Source: Acidobacteriaceae bacterium (GTDB lineage Bacteria > Acidobacteriota > Terriglobia > Terriglobales > Acidobacteriaceae). Taken from it: a DNA stretch of 64,000 nucleotides. Below are positions 1 to 8,824 of the stretch, piece by piece. Position 1 is the stretch's first letter, and every line of letters starts with the position of its first letter. The translations under genes were made by a program, and so were the position numbers. The stretch spans positions 1,335-65,334 of the forward strand of contig CBDCDQ010000002.1 of the NCBI GenBank assembly GCA_965215415.1, in the 5' to 3' direction. The notes beneath the pieces were generated by a model. The model had not been told where the DNA came from, did no database searches, and saw only the letters and a program-made list of their open reading frames with translations.

Positions 1-177
1 GGCACAGAAACTAGAGAACTGCCGGACCGCTTCCGTATAAGCGCGGCGGGTGTTGGGATTGCGGATATGCGAGGTGAAGAAATCGCGCATCCGATCGCGT
101 GCCTCGGGCCGCGCAGTGAAGACAGAGGGCAGGGAAGTGCCTGCCCTCTGTTGCTCCAGTGGATGCATCTTCCTCAT
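1..177 (-). CDS. tyrosine recombinase/integrase, N-terminal part (gene continues past the left edge)
   Basis: My own reverse-strand translation, open from 177 to 1, reads MRKMHPLEQQRAGTSLPSVFTARPEARDRMRDFFTSHIRNPNTRRAYTEAVRQFSSFCA. It aligns with the N-terminus of the integrase at 26934-27907 (LPTLFQTMPEAGRRFWEFFTVNIR.PNTRRAYFKAVEGFAAWC). The ATG at 177 overlaps the upstream stop (ATGA). Confidence 0.6.
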   Translation of the reverse strand, partial: MRKMHPLEQQRAGTSLPSVFTARPEARDRMRDFFTSHIRNPNTRRAYTEAVRQFSSFCA

Positions 178-371
178 ACCGGTCCCCAGGAGCTTTGCCA
201 ATGAGCGGCCTCCGAGTTCCGATGCGCGCATACTTGCTCGCATCGTTCGCAGGGGACAAGCCATCCGGGTTTGCCTCCCATCACGCAGTCCTGGCCTGGT
301 GGGTGGGTCACGCTGTTTCGGTAGCCGCAGAAGCGGCAGGTCATGAGGTAGATGTTCATCGGGTTGTCCAT
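174..371 (-). CDS. small zinc-ribbon-like protein (CxxC...CxxC), function unknown
   Basis: Internal ATG at 371 of ORF 174..497 is preceded by AGAGGGG. The product MDNPMNIYLMTCRFCGYRNSVTHPPGQDCVMGGKPGWLVPCERCEQ... has two CxxC pairs. Its stop overlaps the integrase ATG (ATGA at 177-174). Confidence 0.35.
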   Translation of the reverse strand: MDNPMNIYLMTCRFCGYRNSVTHPPGQDCVMGGKPGWLVPCERCEQVCAHRNSEAAHWQSSWGPV

Positions 372-450
372 GGTGTTCCCCTCTCTTGTTGCGCGGGGAT
401 TGTGAGGGAGACAGCTCGAAACGGTCAACCGGCAGCACGAAGGCGAGTCT

Positions 451-741
451 TCATTGGTTGAACAGTCGCGGAAGCTCACGCCCACCGTACACCACACGCT
501 CGATGTAGACCACGTCGCCGGCGGAGCGGAACAGGATCACATAGCGGCCCACCACGGCGAGGCGGGCCGCCGGCCCAATGTCCGGTCGTAGCTGGTAGAG
601 CAAGGGGCCCTGGCCGATGCGCTCGATCTCCGTGTAAATCTCCCGAAGAAAGCTCACCGCGCGGCGGGGGTTGTCGGCTGCAATGTACTCGGCGAGCGAG
701 TCCAGGTCGCGTTCCACGTCTTGCGCATAGAGAATGACCAT
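451..741 (-). CDS. parE: ParE/RelE-family type II toxin
   Basis: Internal start MVILYAQDVERDLDSLAEYIAADNPRRAVSFLREIYTEIERI... (96 aa) matches ParE-like toxins. The ATG at 741 overlaps the parD stop (TGATG). The longer N-terminal extension in the ORF track is Arg/Ala-rich junk. Confidence 0.85.
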   Translation of the reverse strand: MVILYAQDVERDLDSLAEYIAADNPRRAVSFLREIYTEIERIGQGPLLYQLRPDIGPAARLAVVGRYVILFRSAGDVVYIERVVYGGRELPRLFNQ

Positions 742-1028
742 CAGTCGGCGGCACCCGCCGCGTCCGCGAGCGCCTGGTACTTCCGCTCCAGCCGCTGCAT
801 GACCTCGTCGGCCGGCACATAAGGCCCGTTCTTTTCGCGGGCCTCCTGCCAGAGTTGCCTCAGCTCGGCGATGCCGTTCTGCTGAAGCTGACGCTTGTGC
901 GTCCAATCGCGGAGGGCGTCGCGCACCACTTCGCTCGATGAGGCATACTCGCCGGTTGCGACGGCTTGACGGACCTGGGCGACCATCTCGGGTGGCAGGG
1001 CGATGGAGATCTTATCGACGGTTGACAT
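741..1028 (-). CDS. parD: ParD-family (RHH) antitoxin
   Basis: MSTVDKISIALPPEMVAQVRQAVATGEYASSSEVVRDALRDWTHKRQ... is the typical ParD/COG3609 pattern. It sits directly upstream of, and overlaps, parE. Confidence 0.8.
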   Translation of the reverse strand: MSTVDKISIALPPEMVAQVRQAVATGEYASSSEVVRDALRDWTHKRQLQQNGIAELRQLWQEAREKNGPYVPADEVMQRLERKYQALADAAGAAD

Positions 1029-1374
1029 ACGGCCCTCTTGGTAGACGGTACGATTTCTTCCTACCATACCATTTCGAGCGTCCGGCTCTTGCGGGCTATT
1101 ACGCATGATAAAGGACATTATCATGCGTGCATGGGCACCATCGCTCTTCCTAAAGTGAAGATCTCTGCGCTGTAGAATCGACCGCCAGATTGGGCCCATT
1201 CAGAAACCACAATCGCATGGGAACCAGGAGATTGACAAGACTTCCGAGCACTCATAAGCTAGATTAAAGTTTATAAAAAACGCCTTATTCTAGAGCGCGT
1301 ACGGTCCCTTTACCCTACCGGTCTGTGCTAATTTCATTCTTCAATCAGAGCGGCTTCTCCGCTTCCGGGTACGC

Positions 1375-4300
1375 ATGCGCCATTTCGTGGGTAGTTTTTT
1401 TTGTCTGTCGGCAGGATTCCTTGTAGGGGCAGTAATCCCTCTTCATGCACAGTTCGACACGCTCCCTCAGGTTGGTTTGAGTCAACTCACTCCTTATCAG
1501 TCTTCAGAGTATGAAAGCGTTGACCTCTCTACAGGGAACGTGAATGTCCACATTCCGCTCGTCAGGTTCCCCCAAAAGGGTGGGAAACTGCGTCTGAACT
1601 TTGTGGTTCGCTATAACGAGCCGCTCTGGATCGTTCCAAGTGTCACCAATAACGAAGATGCTAATGGAGGTATCCATTTAACGGGGTACTGGAAACTAGA
1701 CGTGGGGTCGTTAAGTAGGCCATTCGGTGTCGACGTTGTACGTGATCAGGGAATCACAGGTGTCGCATCCATGACCAATCATATAGCGCCGGATACGTCT
1801 GGGGATTTTCACGATAACCTATCGACGGTGTACTCGATACGAGACCGGACAGGGGCACAGCACCCATATCGAATTGATACCTCTCAAGGTTCTTCGTCTT
1901 CTCTCGCGCCGGATGGCTCGGGTTGGCTCTCCACGAGCAATGGCCTTACAGATAAGGCCGGTCTGAGCTATTCCTGGGTTCATCCATCAGGCACGCCAGG
2001 AACTCTCGGTTCCTGGAACATTACCGACCCACACGGCAATGCACTTACCGTTGCTTCCGATGGGTGGCATGATTCGCTCGGTAAGACCATTCCAGGATCT
2101 TGGTGGGCAGCCGGTGGTGGACTGTTCGCACAAACCGGACCCGCCGAAGACGACCCTTTTCCCGGTGTTCCTACTGATGATTTTTCACGGTGCCCGACTG
2201 GCACCACAGCGGCTCGAACATGGATCGTCCCGGCTGCCACGGATGCGGGCGGGAGCGCAACATACAGCTTCTGCTACTCCGCAATGACTCTCAATACTCA
2301 ATTCAATGTGACCACCATCGCAGGATTGACCGGCAGTAGTGCAACGGAGGCCCAACCTGCTGTGGTTCCTTTGACCGCCATAGTGCTGCCGAACGGAAAG
2401 TCTTACACGTTCACATACGATCCACATTTCGGTGATATTACGAGAATCGATCTGCCCACTGGTGGCTACATTGCCTATGCATATTCGGTTATAGGGTGGG
2501 ATACGTGTTCGACCTCCATGCCTGTTAAGAGGGCCGTAGTGAGCAGGACCATTTCTGATTCCGCCTCGGTACCAAGTACGTGGCATTATCGTTGGTATAA
2601 CGGAGTTTGCAACGGGAGCGGGACGCCGGTTGTCATTGTGACAAACCCTGATCAGAACGATGAAATGCATTACGCAGTTGACAACACCGTCAACGGAGGT
2701 TCACTCATTCGGGACGTGATCTCCTATCAAGGAGCGGCAACAGTTTCGGCAGGAAATGTTACGGGGACACTTCTCAAGAAGGTTGAGACCACGCAGACGT
2801 CCAATCTCTCGATTTTCTGGGTTTCAACGCCAGATGTCCTTAACGATGACGGATTGAGCTATCATCCTGGCTATCTTCAGAGACAATATTTTACGACCCC
2901 TGTTGTGAAGTCCGTAACAACGATGTACGCGCCTGACACACAGGCGATTCAGACGACGCAAGAGACAGACTATACGACAGTTCCTTCGAGCGGATCGGTG
3001 CAGTGGTATAAACCCGACCAAAATCCCTATGCACCCACGCAGGCAGGCTACAGTTATGGGACCTGCGCATGCATCAACTATTCCGAGATCACGTCGGAGA
3101 CGGTGCATGATTACGTTACCGGAGGCGGCAACGCAGGGCCGATCTTACGGCAGACCCAAATCGGCTACCGTTTTCAGGATACTGGTGGACAGGTATATGC
3201 TGATGCGGGACTCACGGGGTTGCCATCCAGTGTCACGATATCGGACGGAACCAATTACCAAGCAGCCAAGACCACCTACCAGTACGATGAGACCAGTTAT
3301 TCAGCCGGAGCCATTGCCGGTGAACCCACAACAACACAGCGGTGGGCAGGCGGGACGGGTTGGGTTTCTTCTCACACCAAGTTCAATGCTTCAGGGGTCT
3401 TTGCGGGAAGTATCGATCCTAGGACCACTGCAACCAACGTCACTGCCTACGATTGCTCCAATGCATTTCCTTCGTCGGTGACGGTTGCGGCGGGTACGTC
3501 GATTTCGGAGACCTCCTCCTATGTCCACGACTGCAACACCGGAGCGGTGACCTCGCACACGGATCCAAATGGCCAGCCCACCTCCTACACCTATGCGGAC
3601 TCTCTGAACAGGATCACGGCGGTCCACAACCCGGATGGAGGCAGCGTCCAGGTCGCGTACACCGATGGACCGCACTTGTCGGTCTCCATCGCCACTGCGA
3701 CAGGCGGGACGCAGGGGCCCATGGACCAGACGGTGCTCTACGATTCTCTAGGAAGAACCACGGATGTGCAGACGACTGCTCCAGAAGGGACGCTTCACCA
3801 GACGACCACCTATGATTCCATGGGCAGAGTCTGGCAACGCAGCAACCCGTATCGCAGCATGAGCGACGCTATGGGTCGTGAAGTGCCCGTTCTAACGACA
3901 ACATTTGGCTACGATGCTCTGGGCCGGAAGATACTCGAAGCCAATCCAGATGGAAGCGCAAAAAGATGGTCCTACACTGGCAACGCCACTTCTGTGACAG
4001 ACGAAAGCGGACACTCCAAGTTAGAGACTATCGACGGGCTTGGGCGCCTTACGCAAGTGGATGAGATGTTGATCCCTGCGGGAACACCAGGTTGCCCGGG
4101 TGGATGTGCGTTCGCCGAACAAGACCTAACTACTCTATATACTTATGATGCACAAAGTAATCTTGCAACAGTTAGCCAATCCGGCAGTCCCTTTGGATCA
4201 CAGACGCCACGGCTTCGATCCTTCTCGTACGACTCACTATCGCGACTGATCAGCTCAAGCAACCCGGAGACGGGAACGATCTGCTACGGGACATACAGCG

Positions 4301-6957
4301 GATCTACTTGCCAAAGCGGATATGACGCGAACGGCAATCTTCTGGCAAAGACCGATGCGCGCGGTGTTATCGCCAGGCGTTCTTATGATTCCCTCAATCG
4401 TCTTACGAACATAACCTATTCCGACGGTTTAACGCCCGGGGAGCAATTGTTTTACGACGTTGCACCGCCGTGGATGCCCGATCTCCAGAACGTGATTGGC
4501 CGTCTGTCGTATTCTGCTAACGATTACGGCGGAGGCACGACCGGTAAGGCGACCGCCGCGACCTACAGCTACGACGTTCTCGGCCGCACCGTGCGTAAGT
4601 GGCAACAAACACCTTCTCGCTCGCCGGCTGGCTTCTTCGTTAGCGCTACCTATGATCTGGCTGGCAATACGACCTCTCTCACGTATCCAGACGGTCGCAC
4701 GGTTGTGCAGAACTTCGACAGCGCCGGACGGCTGGGGAGTGTTACGTCGGGAACCATAACTTCGCCCGGGCCTGCTTATGTGTCCTCCGTAACTTACAAC
4801 CCCGATGGATCGCCGAATGTGGAGACCTTCGGAAATGGCGTGCAGCAGACGACGACGGAAAATAGCAGGCTCCAGGTGCAGAGCAGGCTAGTCGCCAGCA
4901 CTTTGGGGGGAAGCCCGTTCTCCTCGCACACCTACTGCTACTCCGGCTGCGCGACTGGTGGTTTCGCGAACAGTGGCAATATCTGGGGAATCACAGACAC
5001 GCTTAATAGCGCGAAAACCCAGGGGTTTACCTACGACTCATTGAACCGGATCACTAGCTTTTCGGTTGGTGGAGCTGTCAACCAGCAGTACACGACTGAC
5101 TCCTTCGGTAATATGAGTCGTCTCTCCGGAGGCACAGCGCTTACTACCTTTGATCCCACAACAAATCGCATCAACGATCTTCCTTGTGCGGCCTCCACCA
5201 CGCCCTTCGACAGTGCCGGCAATCAGATCTGCGATACGGATACTTATGGCGGCGTTCGGCAGTACCAGTACGATGCAGAGAGCCGTATCCAGCAGATTTC
5301 AAGCCTCGGGTCGTCGACGCCCTTTGCAACCTACACCTACGACGTCGACGGTGCCCGCGTCCGGAAGATGAACGCGGATGGCACCTATACAGAGTACGTC
5401 AACTTCGGCGGCGTAACTCTCGCGGAGTTGGACCAGACGGGATCATGGTGGGACTACATCTATGCCAACGGTGCCAAGATCGCCAAAGTGGGAACGAACG
5501 AAAACGCAAGGCTTCATCTTCACGGTATAAACTCTGCCTCCGGTGAGTTTGCAGGCTTTTCCTTCTCCCTTAACTATGTCATCAAGCAGGGCGACAAGAT
5601 GCTTTGGCGGCAATATGAGAGCAACTGTTTCGGAGGTCTTGCGCTCAACTTTGGCGGGTTCAATTCGGAATGGAACAAGGTCGACAGCGACGGCCAGACG
5701 ATCAATAGCGACACGTTGCAAAACCAATGGCATGACAGAACTTTCGATCTCTCCGGCATGACCGGTTTGACGACACAGGGAGGCTGGTTTACGGCCGATA
5801 CAAACACCCCGGGAGGAACGTGGGATATCTTCTTCGCGGACGTTACAATCGTGAGCACAGACGGAACGATTACACCCGTGTCGACCAGAAATATGTCGCC
5901 GACATTGAGTGTATGGAATCAGGGCGGCGTGTCGGGACAATCATGGGTGATGGAACAACCGCCGGGCAGTTCCGCTTATTCAACCACGTACTATTTATCG
6001 GATCACCTGGGTACGGCACACATGGAGTTCACGGCGGGAGGATATCCGATCTGGCAAGGTCAGTTCGCGCCTTTCGGGGCGGAAATTGATACGCAAGCTT
6101 CCGGGAACCACTACAAGTTCACCGGCAAAGAAAGAGACACCGAGAGTGGGCTGGATTACTTCGGGGCAAGGTACTACGGAAGCAGCATGGGCAGGTTTAT
6201 GACCCCGGATTATTCCGCGAGCAATGACGGGCCCCCGGATGCAGTGCCGTATGGTGATTTGTCCAACCCTCAGAGCCTGAATCTATATAGCTACGTGCAG
6301 AACAACCCAGTGAGTCAGACGGATCCGAGTGGGCATGACTGCATCTACGGCGATGGCAGCGGCGGCGGGTACGTTCAGAGAGGCGACTGCACAAACGCTG
6401 GTGGTAAAGACGACAACGGCGTCTTTGTGAATGGAACTGTTGATGTGAATTCTTTCAGGTACAACACTAGCAACAACAGCTCCTCCTATTCCTTCACGCC
6501 GGATAGCGGTGCCAATTTTGGGACTGGAGTTCTCCAAGGACCCAACCTGAACGGCGGCTTCGATCCTGGTAGCTTGGCGGCAGGCGTTTTCGGCGCGGCG
6601 AATGCATCGACATTCAACAATGCAGCCGGAGTCGCGAATGCTGCAGGAACAGCTGAGCTAGATGCTGCAGGCCTCTTCTTCCCCTTGACTCATTTAGCGA
6701 TCACGACGCTGTCCGGGAGAAACGCAGCGGGAGTTGCCGCTGCGGGGATAGCCCGAAAGCCTGGCTCTCTAGGCCAGTTCGGCGACAACGTTCGAGAGAA
6801 CAAAGTCGCTAGGGACATCATCAAAGAGCTGAAGCTGAGCGGCAAGAATGCGGAGGCTGTTCACGACATCATCGGGGAAGCTAGCGTGATGGAGGGCAGA
6901 CAACTGGGATACCGCGAACTGGTAGCTGTAGTAAAGAGTGCGTTGGGCCTACTGTGA
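1375..6957 (+). CDS. RHS/YD-repeat polymorphic toxin with Sec-type signal peptide, RHS core and unrecognised C-terminal tip
   Basis: 1860-aa ORF. The N-terminal hydrophobic leader ends ...PLHAQ. Many YD-type repeats are present (YTYDSLGR, YDALGR, YSYDSLSR, YDANGN, YSYDVLGR, YTYDSLNR, YQYDAESR, YTYDVDGAR). The RHS core is YYLSDHLGTA...YFGARYYGSSMGRFMTPD...NLYSYVQNNPVSQTDPSGH. Confidence 0.95.
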   Translation: MRHFVGSFFCLSAGFLVGAVIPLHAQFDTLPQVGLSQLTPYQSSEYESVDLSTGNVNVHIPLVRFPQKGGKLRLNFVVRYNEPLWIVPSVTNNEDANGGIHLTGYWKLDVGSLSRPFGVDVVRDQGITGVASMTNHIAPDTSGDFHDNLSTVYSIRDRTGAQHPYRIDTSQGSSSSLAPDGSGWLSTSNGLTDKAGLSYSWVHPSGTPGTLGSWNITDPHGNALTVASDGWHDSLGKTIPGSWWAAGGGLFAQTGPAEDDPFPGVPTDDFSRCPTGTTAARTWIVPAATDAGGSATYSFCYSAMTLNTQFNVTTIAGLTGSSATEAQPAVVPLTAIVLPNGKSYTFTYDPHFGDITRIDLPTGGYIAYAYSVIGWDTCSTSMPVKRAVVSRTISDSASVPSTWHYRWYNGVCNGSGTPVVIVTNPDQNDEMHYAVDNTVNGGSLIRDVISYQGAATVSAGNVTGTLLKKVETTQTSNLSIFWVSTPDVLNDDGLSYHPGYLQRQYFTTPVVKSVTTMYAPDTQAIQTTQETDYTTVPSSGSVQWYKPDQNPYAPTQAGYSYGTCACINYSEITSETVHDYVTGGGNAGPILRQTQIGYRFQDTGGQVYADAGLTGLPSSVTISDGTNYQAAKTTYQYDETSYSAGAIAGEPTTTQRWAGGTGWVSSHTKFNASGVFAGSIDPRTTATNVTAYDCSNAFPSSVTVAAGTSISETSSYVHDCNTGAVTSHTDPNGQPTSYTYADSLNRITAVHNPDGGSVQVAYTDGPHLSVSIATATGGTQGPMDQTVLYDSLGRTTDVQTTAPEGTLHQTTTYDSMGRVWQRSNPYRSMSDAMGREVPVLTTTFGYDALGRKILEANPDGSAKRWSYTGNATSVTDESGHSKLETIDGLGRLTQVDEMLIPAGTPGCPGGCAFAEQDLTTLYTYDAQSNLATVSQSGSPFGSQTPRLRSFSYDSLSRLISSSNPETGTICYGTYSGSTCQSGYDANGNLLAKTDARGVIARRSYDSLNRLTNITYSDGLTPGEQLFYDVAPPWMPDLQNVIGRLSYSANDYGGGTTGKATAATYSYDVLGRTVRKWQQTPSRSPAGFFVSATYDLAGNTTSLTYPDGRTVVQNFDSAGRLGSVTSGTITSPGPAYVSSVTYNPDGSPNVETFGNGVQQTTTENSRLQVQSRLVASTLGGSPFSSHTYCYSGCATGGFANSGNIWGITDTLNSAKTQGFTYDSLNRITSFSVGGAVNQQYTTDSFGNMSRLSGGTALTTFDPTTNRINDLPCAASTTPFDSAGNQICDTDTYGGVRQYQYDAESRIQQISSLGSSTPFATYTYDVDGARVRKMNADGTYTEYVNFGGVTLAELDQTGSWWDYIYANGAKIAKVGTNENARLHLHGINSASGEFAGFSFSLNYVIKQGDKMLWRQYESNCFGGLALNFGGFNSEWNKVDSDGQTINSDTLQNQWHDRTFDLSGMTGLTTQGGWFTADTNTPGGTWDIFFADVTIVSTDGTITPVSTRNMSPTLSVWNQGGVSGQSWVMEQPPGSSAYSTTYYLSDHLGTAHMEFTAGGYPIWQGQFAPFGAEIDTQASGNHYKFTGKERDTESGLDYFGARYYGSSMGRFMTPDYSASNDGPPDAVPYGDLSNPQSLNLYSYVQNNPVSQTDPSGHDCIYGDGSGGGYVQRGDCTNAGGKDDNGVFVNGTVDVNSFRYNTSNNSSSYSFTPDSGANFGTGVLQGPNLNGGFDPGSLAAGVFGAANASTFNNAAGVANAAGTAELDAAGLFFPLTHLAITTLSGRNAAGVAAAGIARKPGSLGQFGDNVRENKVARDIIKELKLSGKNAEAVHDIIGEASVMEGRQLGYRELVAVVKSALGLL

Positions 6958-6982
6958 TCGAGAAGAAGGGAGAGCACAGCGA

Positions 6983-7399
6983 GTGAAGATCGAAAAAGGT
7001 GGGTTCAGGCTTGATGTCGTCCTGACGCACGCGAACCGCGATCCAAAGATCTTCTCCAATGAGCTCTTGCTTCAGCCGGAGTTCTCATGGATGAAGGGTG
7101 AAAAGCTCGGGAATCAACTCATGCCCTCCACAAAGTGGCAAGCTTGTCTCGTTGCTGGAGCTGGTGAAGAGGCTTACTCCGCTGCATTAGAAAAGGCCCT
7201 GTTGTTCTTGGAGACGAATACAGCTTTTTTTCACACGCTTGGCGAGGAGGACGCTAAGGCAGAGTTGGTGGTGAACTATTCCGTTGAGTTCGATGAAGGA
7301 AAGGTGCTCCAAGTGTCCTACAGCCCGATCTTCCTTCGTCAACTTGTCGAACTCGGAGTCGAGTTGCGAGTACAAGCCTGGAGCGGTCGACCCGAATAG
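6983..7399 (+). CDS. putative cognate immunity protein (DUF4279-like by eye)
   Basis: Lies immediately downstream of the RHS stop. A GTG at 6983 is preceded by GAAGGGAGA; the alternative ATG at 6938 overlaps the RHS end. The pattern FRLDVVLTHANRDPKIFSNELLLQPEFSWMKGEKLG...KWQ resembles DUF4279-type immunity proteins from memory only. Confidence 0.55.
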   Translation: MKIEKGGFRLDVVLTHANRDPKIFSNELLLQPEFSWMKGEKLGNQLMPSTKWQACLVAGAGEEAYSAALEKALLFLETNTAFFHTLGEEDAKAELVVNYSVEFDEGKVLQVSYSPIFLRQLVELGVELRVQAWSGRPE

Positions 7400-7512
7400 C
7401 CATGCCGTCTTCGGAGGCGGCCTGTACTGTCTCTGCCCTCCTGTAGAGCCGTTCCGCCCCGACCAAAAAGCCACGCTGCTTCGCATCGGCTGAATAGGGA
7501 CACAACGCCCCG

Positions 7513-7911
7513 CTAGCTGGCTTCTGCTTGCGCATGGCTTGTTCCCGCGAGTGAGTTGATGAGTCTTATAACGGCTCGTTGGTCCTTCGTGGGAAGGGCT
7601 TCCATCTTCTGAAATCTCTTCCATAGCCGCTGTTGTTGCGGCTCCTGTCGTCCTCCTGGAGCTGCTGGCTCAAGTCCGAGCAACTGATCGGTTGAGACTT
7701 CGAGGAGCCGCGCGAGCGGCACGATGGCGGCTGCCGGAGGCAGCTCGGCGTCGGTCTCGTAGTAGGAGATGACGCGCTGGGTGGTGCCGAGCGCGTCGGC
7801 GAGCTGGACCTGTGTGAGTCCTTGAGCCTTCCTGAGAGCGAAGAGTCTTTTACCGAATGCGGTGTGTGGTTCCTTCTTGGCTGGCATGGCAAGAAGGATT
7901 TTATGGTCCAT
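7513..7911 (-). CDS. XRE-family helix-turn-helix transcriptional regulator
   Basis: FGKRLFALRKAQGLTQVQLADALGTTQRVISYYETD is a canonical HTH_XRE motif. Confidence 0.85.
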   Translation of the reverse strand: MDHKILLAMPAKKEPHTAFGKRLFALRKAQGLTQVQLADALGTTQRVISYYETDAELPPAAAIVPLARLLEVSTDQLLGLEPAAPGGRQEPQQQRLWKRFQKMEALPTKDQRAVIRLINSLAGTSHAQAEAS

Positions 7912-7941
7912 TTTCAGGTTCCTCTCAAATCCTCTGTGTGG

Positions 7942-7960
7942 ATATACATGATATGTATAT
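7942..7960. promoter_or_regulatory. perfect inverted repeat ATATACAT-GAT-ATGTATAT, candidate operator of the XRE gene
   Basis: Two 8-bp arms with a 3-bp spacer, about 30 bp upstream of the XRE start, in an AT-rich patch. Confidence 0.4.
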
Positions 7961-8034
7961 ACTGACGCACGGTGAGAAAAACTGCAAAGCCCAAAGAAAG
8001 TTCTTGACAGGGTTTTTGCTGGAGGAGGGTTTTG

Positions 8035-8074
8035 ATGGCGCGGATACCGGAGGATGAGGTCGAGCGGCTAAAGA
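8035..8074 (+). pseudogene. 13-codon stub of a gene (MARIPEDEVERLK...) cut by the Tn3-family left end
   Basis: GGAGGAGGG RBS followed by ATG at 8035. The MARIPEDEVERLK opening resembles, from memory, N-termini of CHC2-type primase-like plasmid/ICE proteins. The reading frame runs directly into the IR at 8075. Confidence 0.25.
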
Positions 8075-8112
8075 GGGGTCCCGTCAGAAAACGGACAACA
8101 GCGTACGCTAAG
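8075..8112. repeat. IR-L of Tn3-family transposon 1
   Basis: GGGGTCCCGTCAGAAAACGGACAACAGCGTACGCTAAG. Confidence 0.85.
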
Positions 8113-8665
8113 GGTGACTTGAGGCTGGAATCCACCGGTAGAGCGTCGGGACCGAGACTCCGAGGTTGGCGGCTACGTCTCGTGGCGGCGTTCCGCTGGC
8201 GAGCAGTTTCTTTGCAGATTTGATCTTGCTTTCTGTCATCAGCCGTTTTCGCCCTCCTCTACGGCCGAGCTGGCGGGCGACTTTGAGGCCGGCCTGGGTC
8301 CGTTCGATGGTGAGTTCTCGTTCCATCTCGGCGAGGCTGGCCATGACGTGAAAGAAGAAGCGTCCGGACGCCGTGCCGGTGTCGATGGAATCGGTGAGGC
8401 TCTTGAACTGCACACCCTGCTTGTGAAGCTGGCCGACGAGGTCGACGAGATGCTTGACGCTTCGGCCCAGCCGGTCCAGTTTCCAGACGACCAGGGTGTC
8501 CCCGTCGCGGAGAGCTTCCTGTACTTTAGCGAGCCCCGGCCGCTCGGCGTGGCTTCCGCTGATCTTGTCGTCGAAGATCTTCTTGCAGCCGGCCTTCCGA
8601 AGCGCCTCGGTTTGGAGATCGAGATTCTGGTCCTGGGTGGAGACGCGAGCATAGCCGATCAACAT
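8108..8665 (-). CDS. tnpR: serine recombinase / resolvase
   Basis: MLIGYARVSTQDQNLDLQ...VVWKLDRLGRS... with a C-terminal HTH (VSVPTLYRW). Confidence 0.9.
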   Translation of the reverse strand: MLIGYARVSTQDQNLDLQTEALRKAGCKKIFDDKISGSHAERPGLAKVQEALRDGDTLVVWKLDRLGRSVKHLVDLVGQLHKQGVQFKSLTDSIDTGTASGRFFFHVMASLAEMERELTIERTQAGLKVARQLGRRGGRKRLMTESKIKSAKKLLASGTPPRDVAANLGVSVPTLYRWIPASSHP

Positions 8666-8824
8666 ACAAAACCTCTTCCGTTCCTCTCAGAACTCATGGC
8701 AGCGCGAGTTGATTGAGAATAGCATTCGAGAGTTGTTTATGAGAATGGAGAAGCCCAGCATTCGAGGGCTTTTGTGTTTGGCGATTGAGTGCTCTCATAA
8801 ACGACCGTTTGCAAGAGGAACATC
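8666..8824. promoter_or_regulatory. candidate res site and divergent promoters of transposon 1
   Basis: Intergenic between divergent tnpR and tnpA. Contains the inverted repeat GTTTATGAGA (8735-8744) / TCTCATAAAC (8793-8802) and repeated ATTCGAG motifs. Confidence 0.5.

Noticed and set aside
1375-6957. RHS protein as a T6SS effector
   Set aside because: There is no PAAR, VgrG, Hcp or T6SS gene in the window, and the protein starts with a Sec-type signal peptide. The secretion route is left open.
7933-7943. DnaA-box-like TGTGGATAT near the XRE promoter
   Set aside because: It is a single imperfect copy far from either replication module, most likely a chance match overlapping the operator palindrome.
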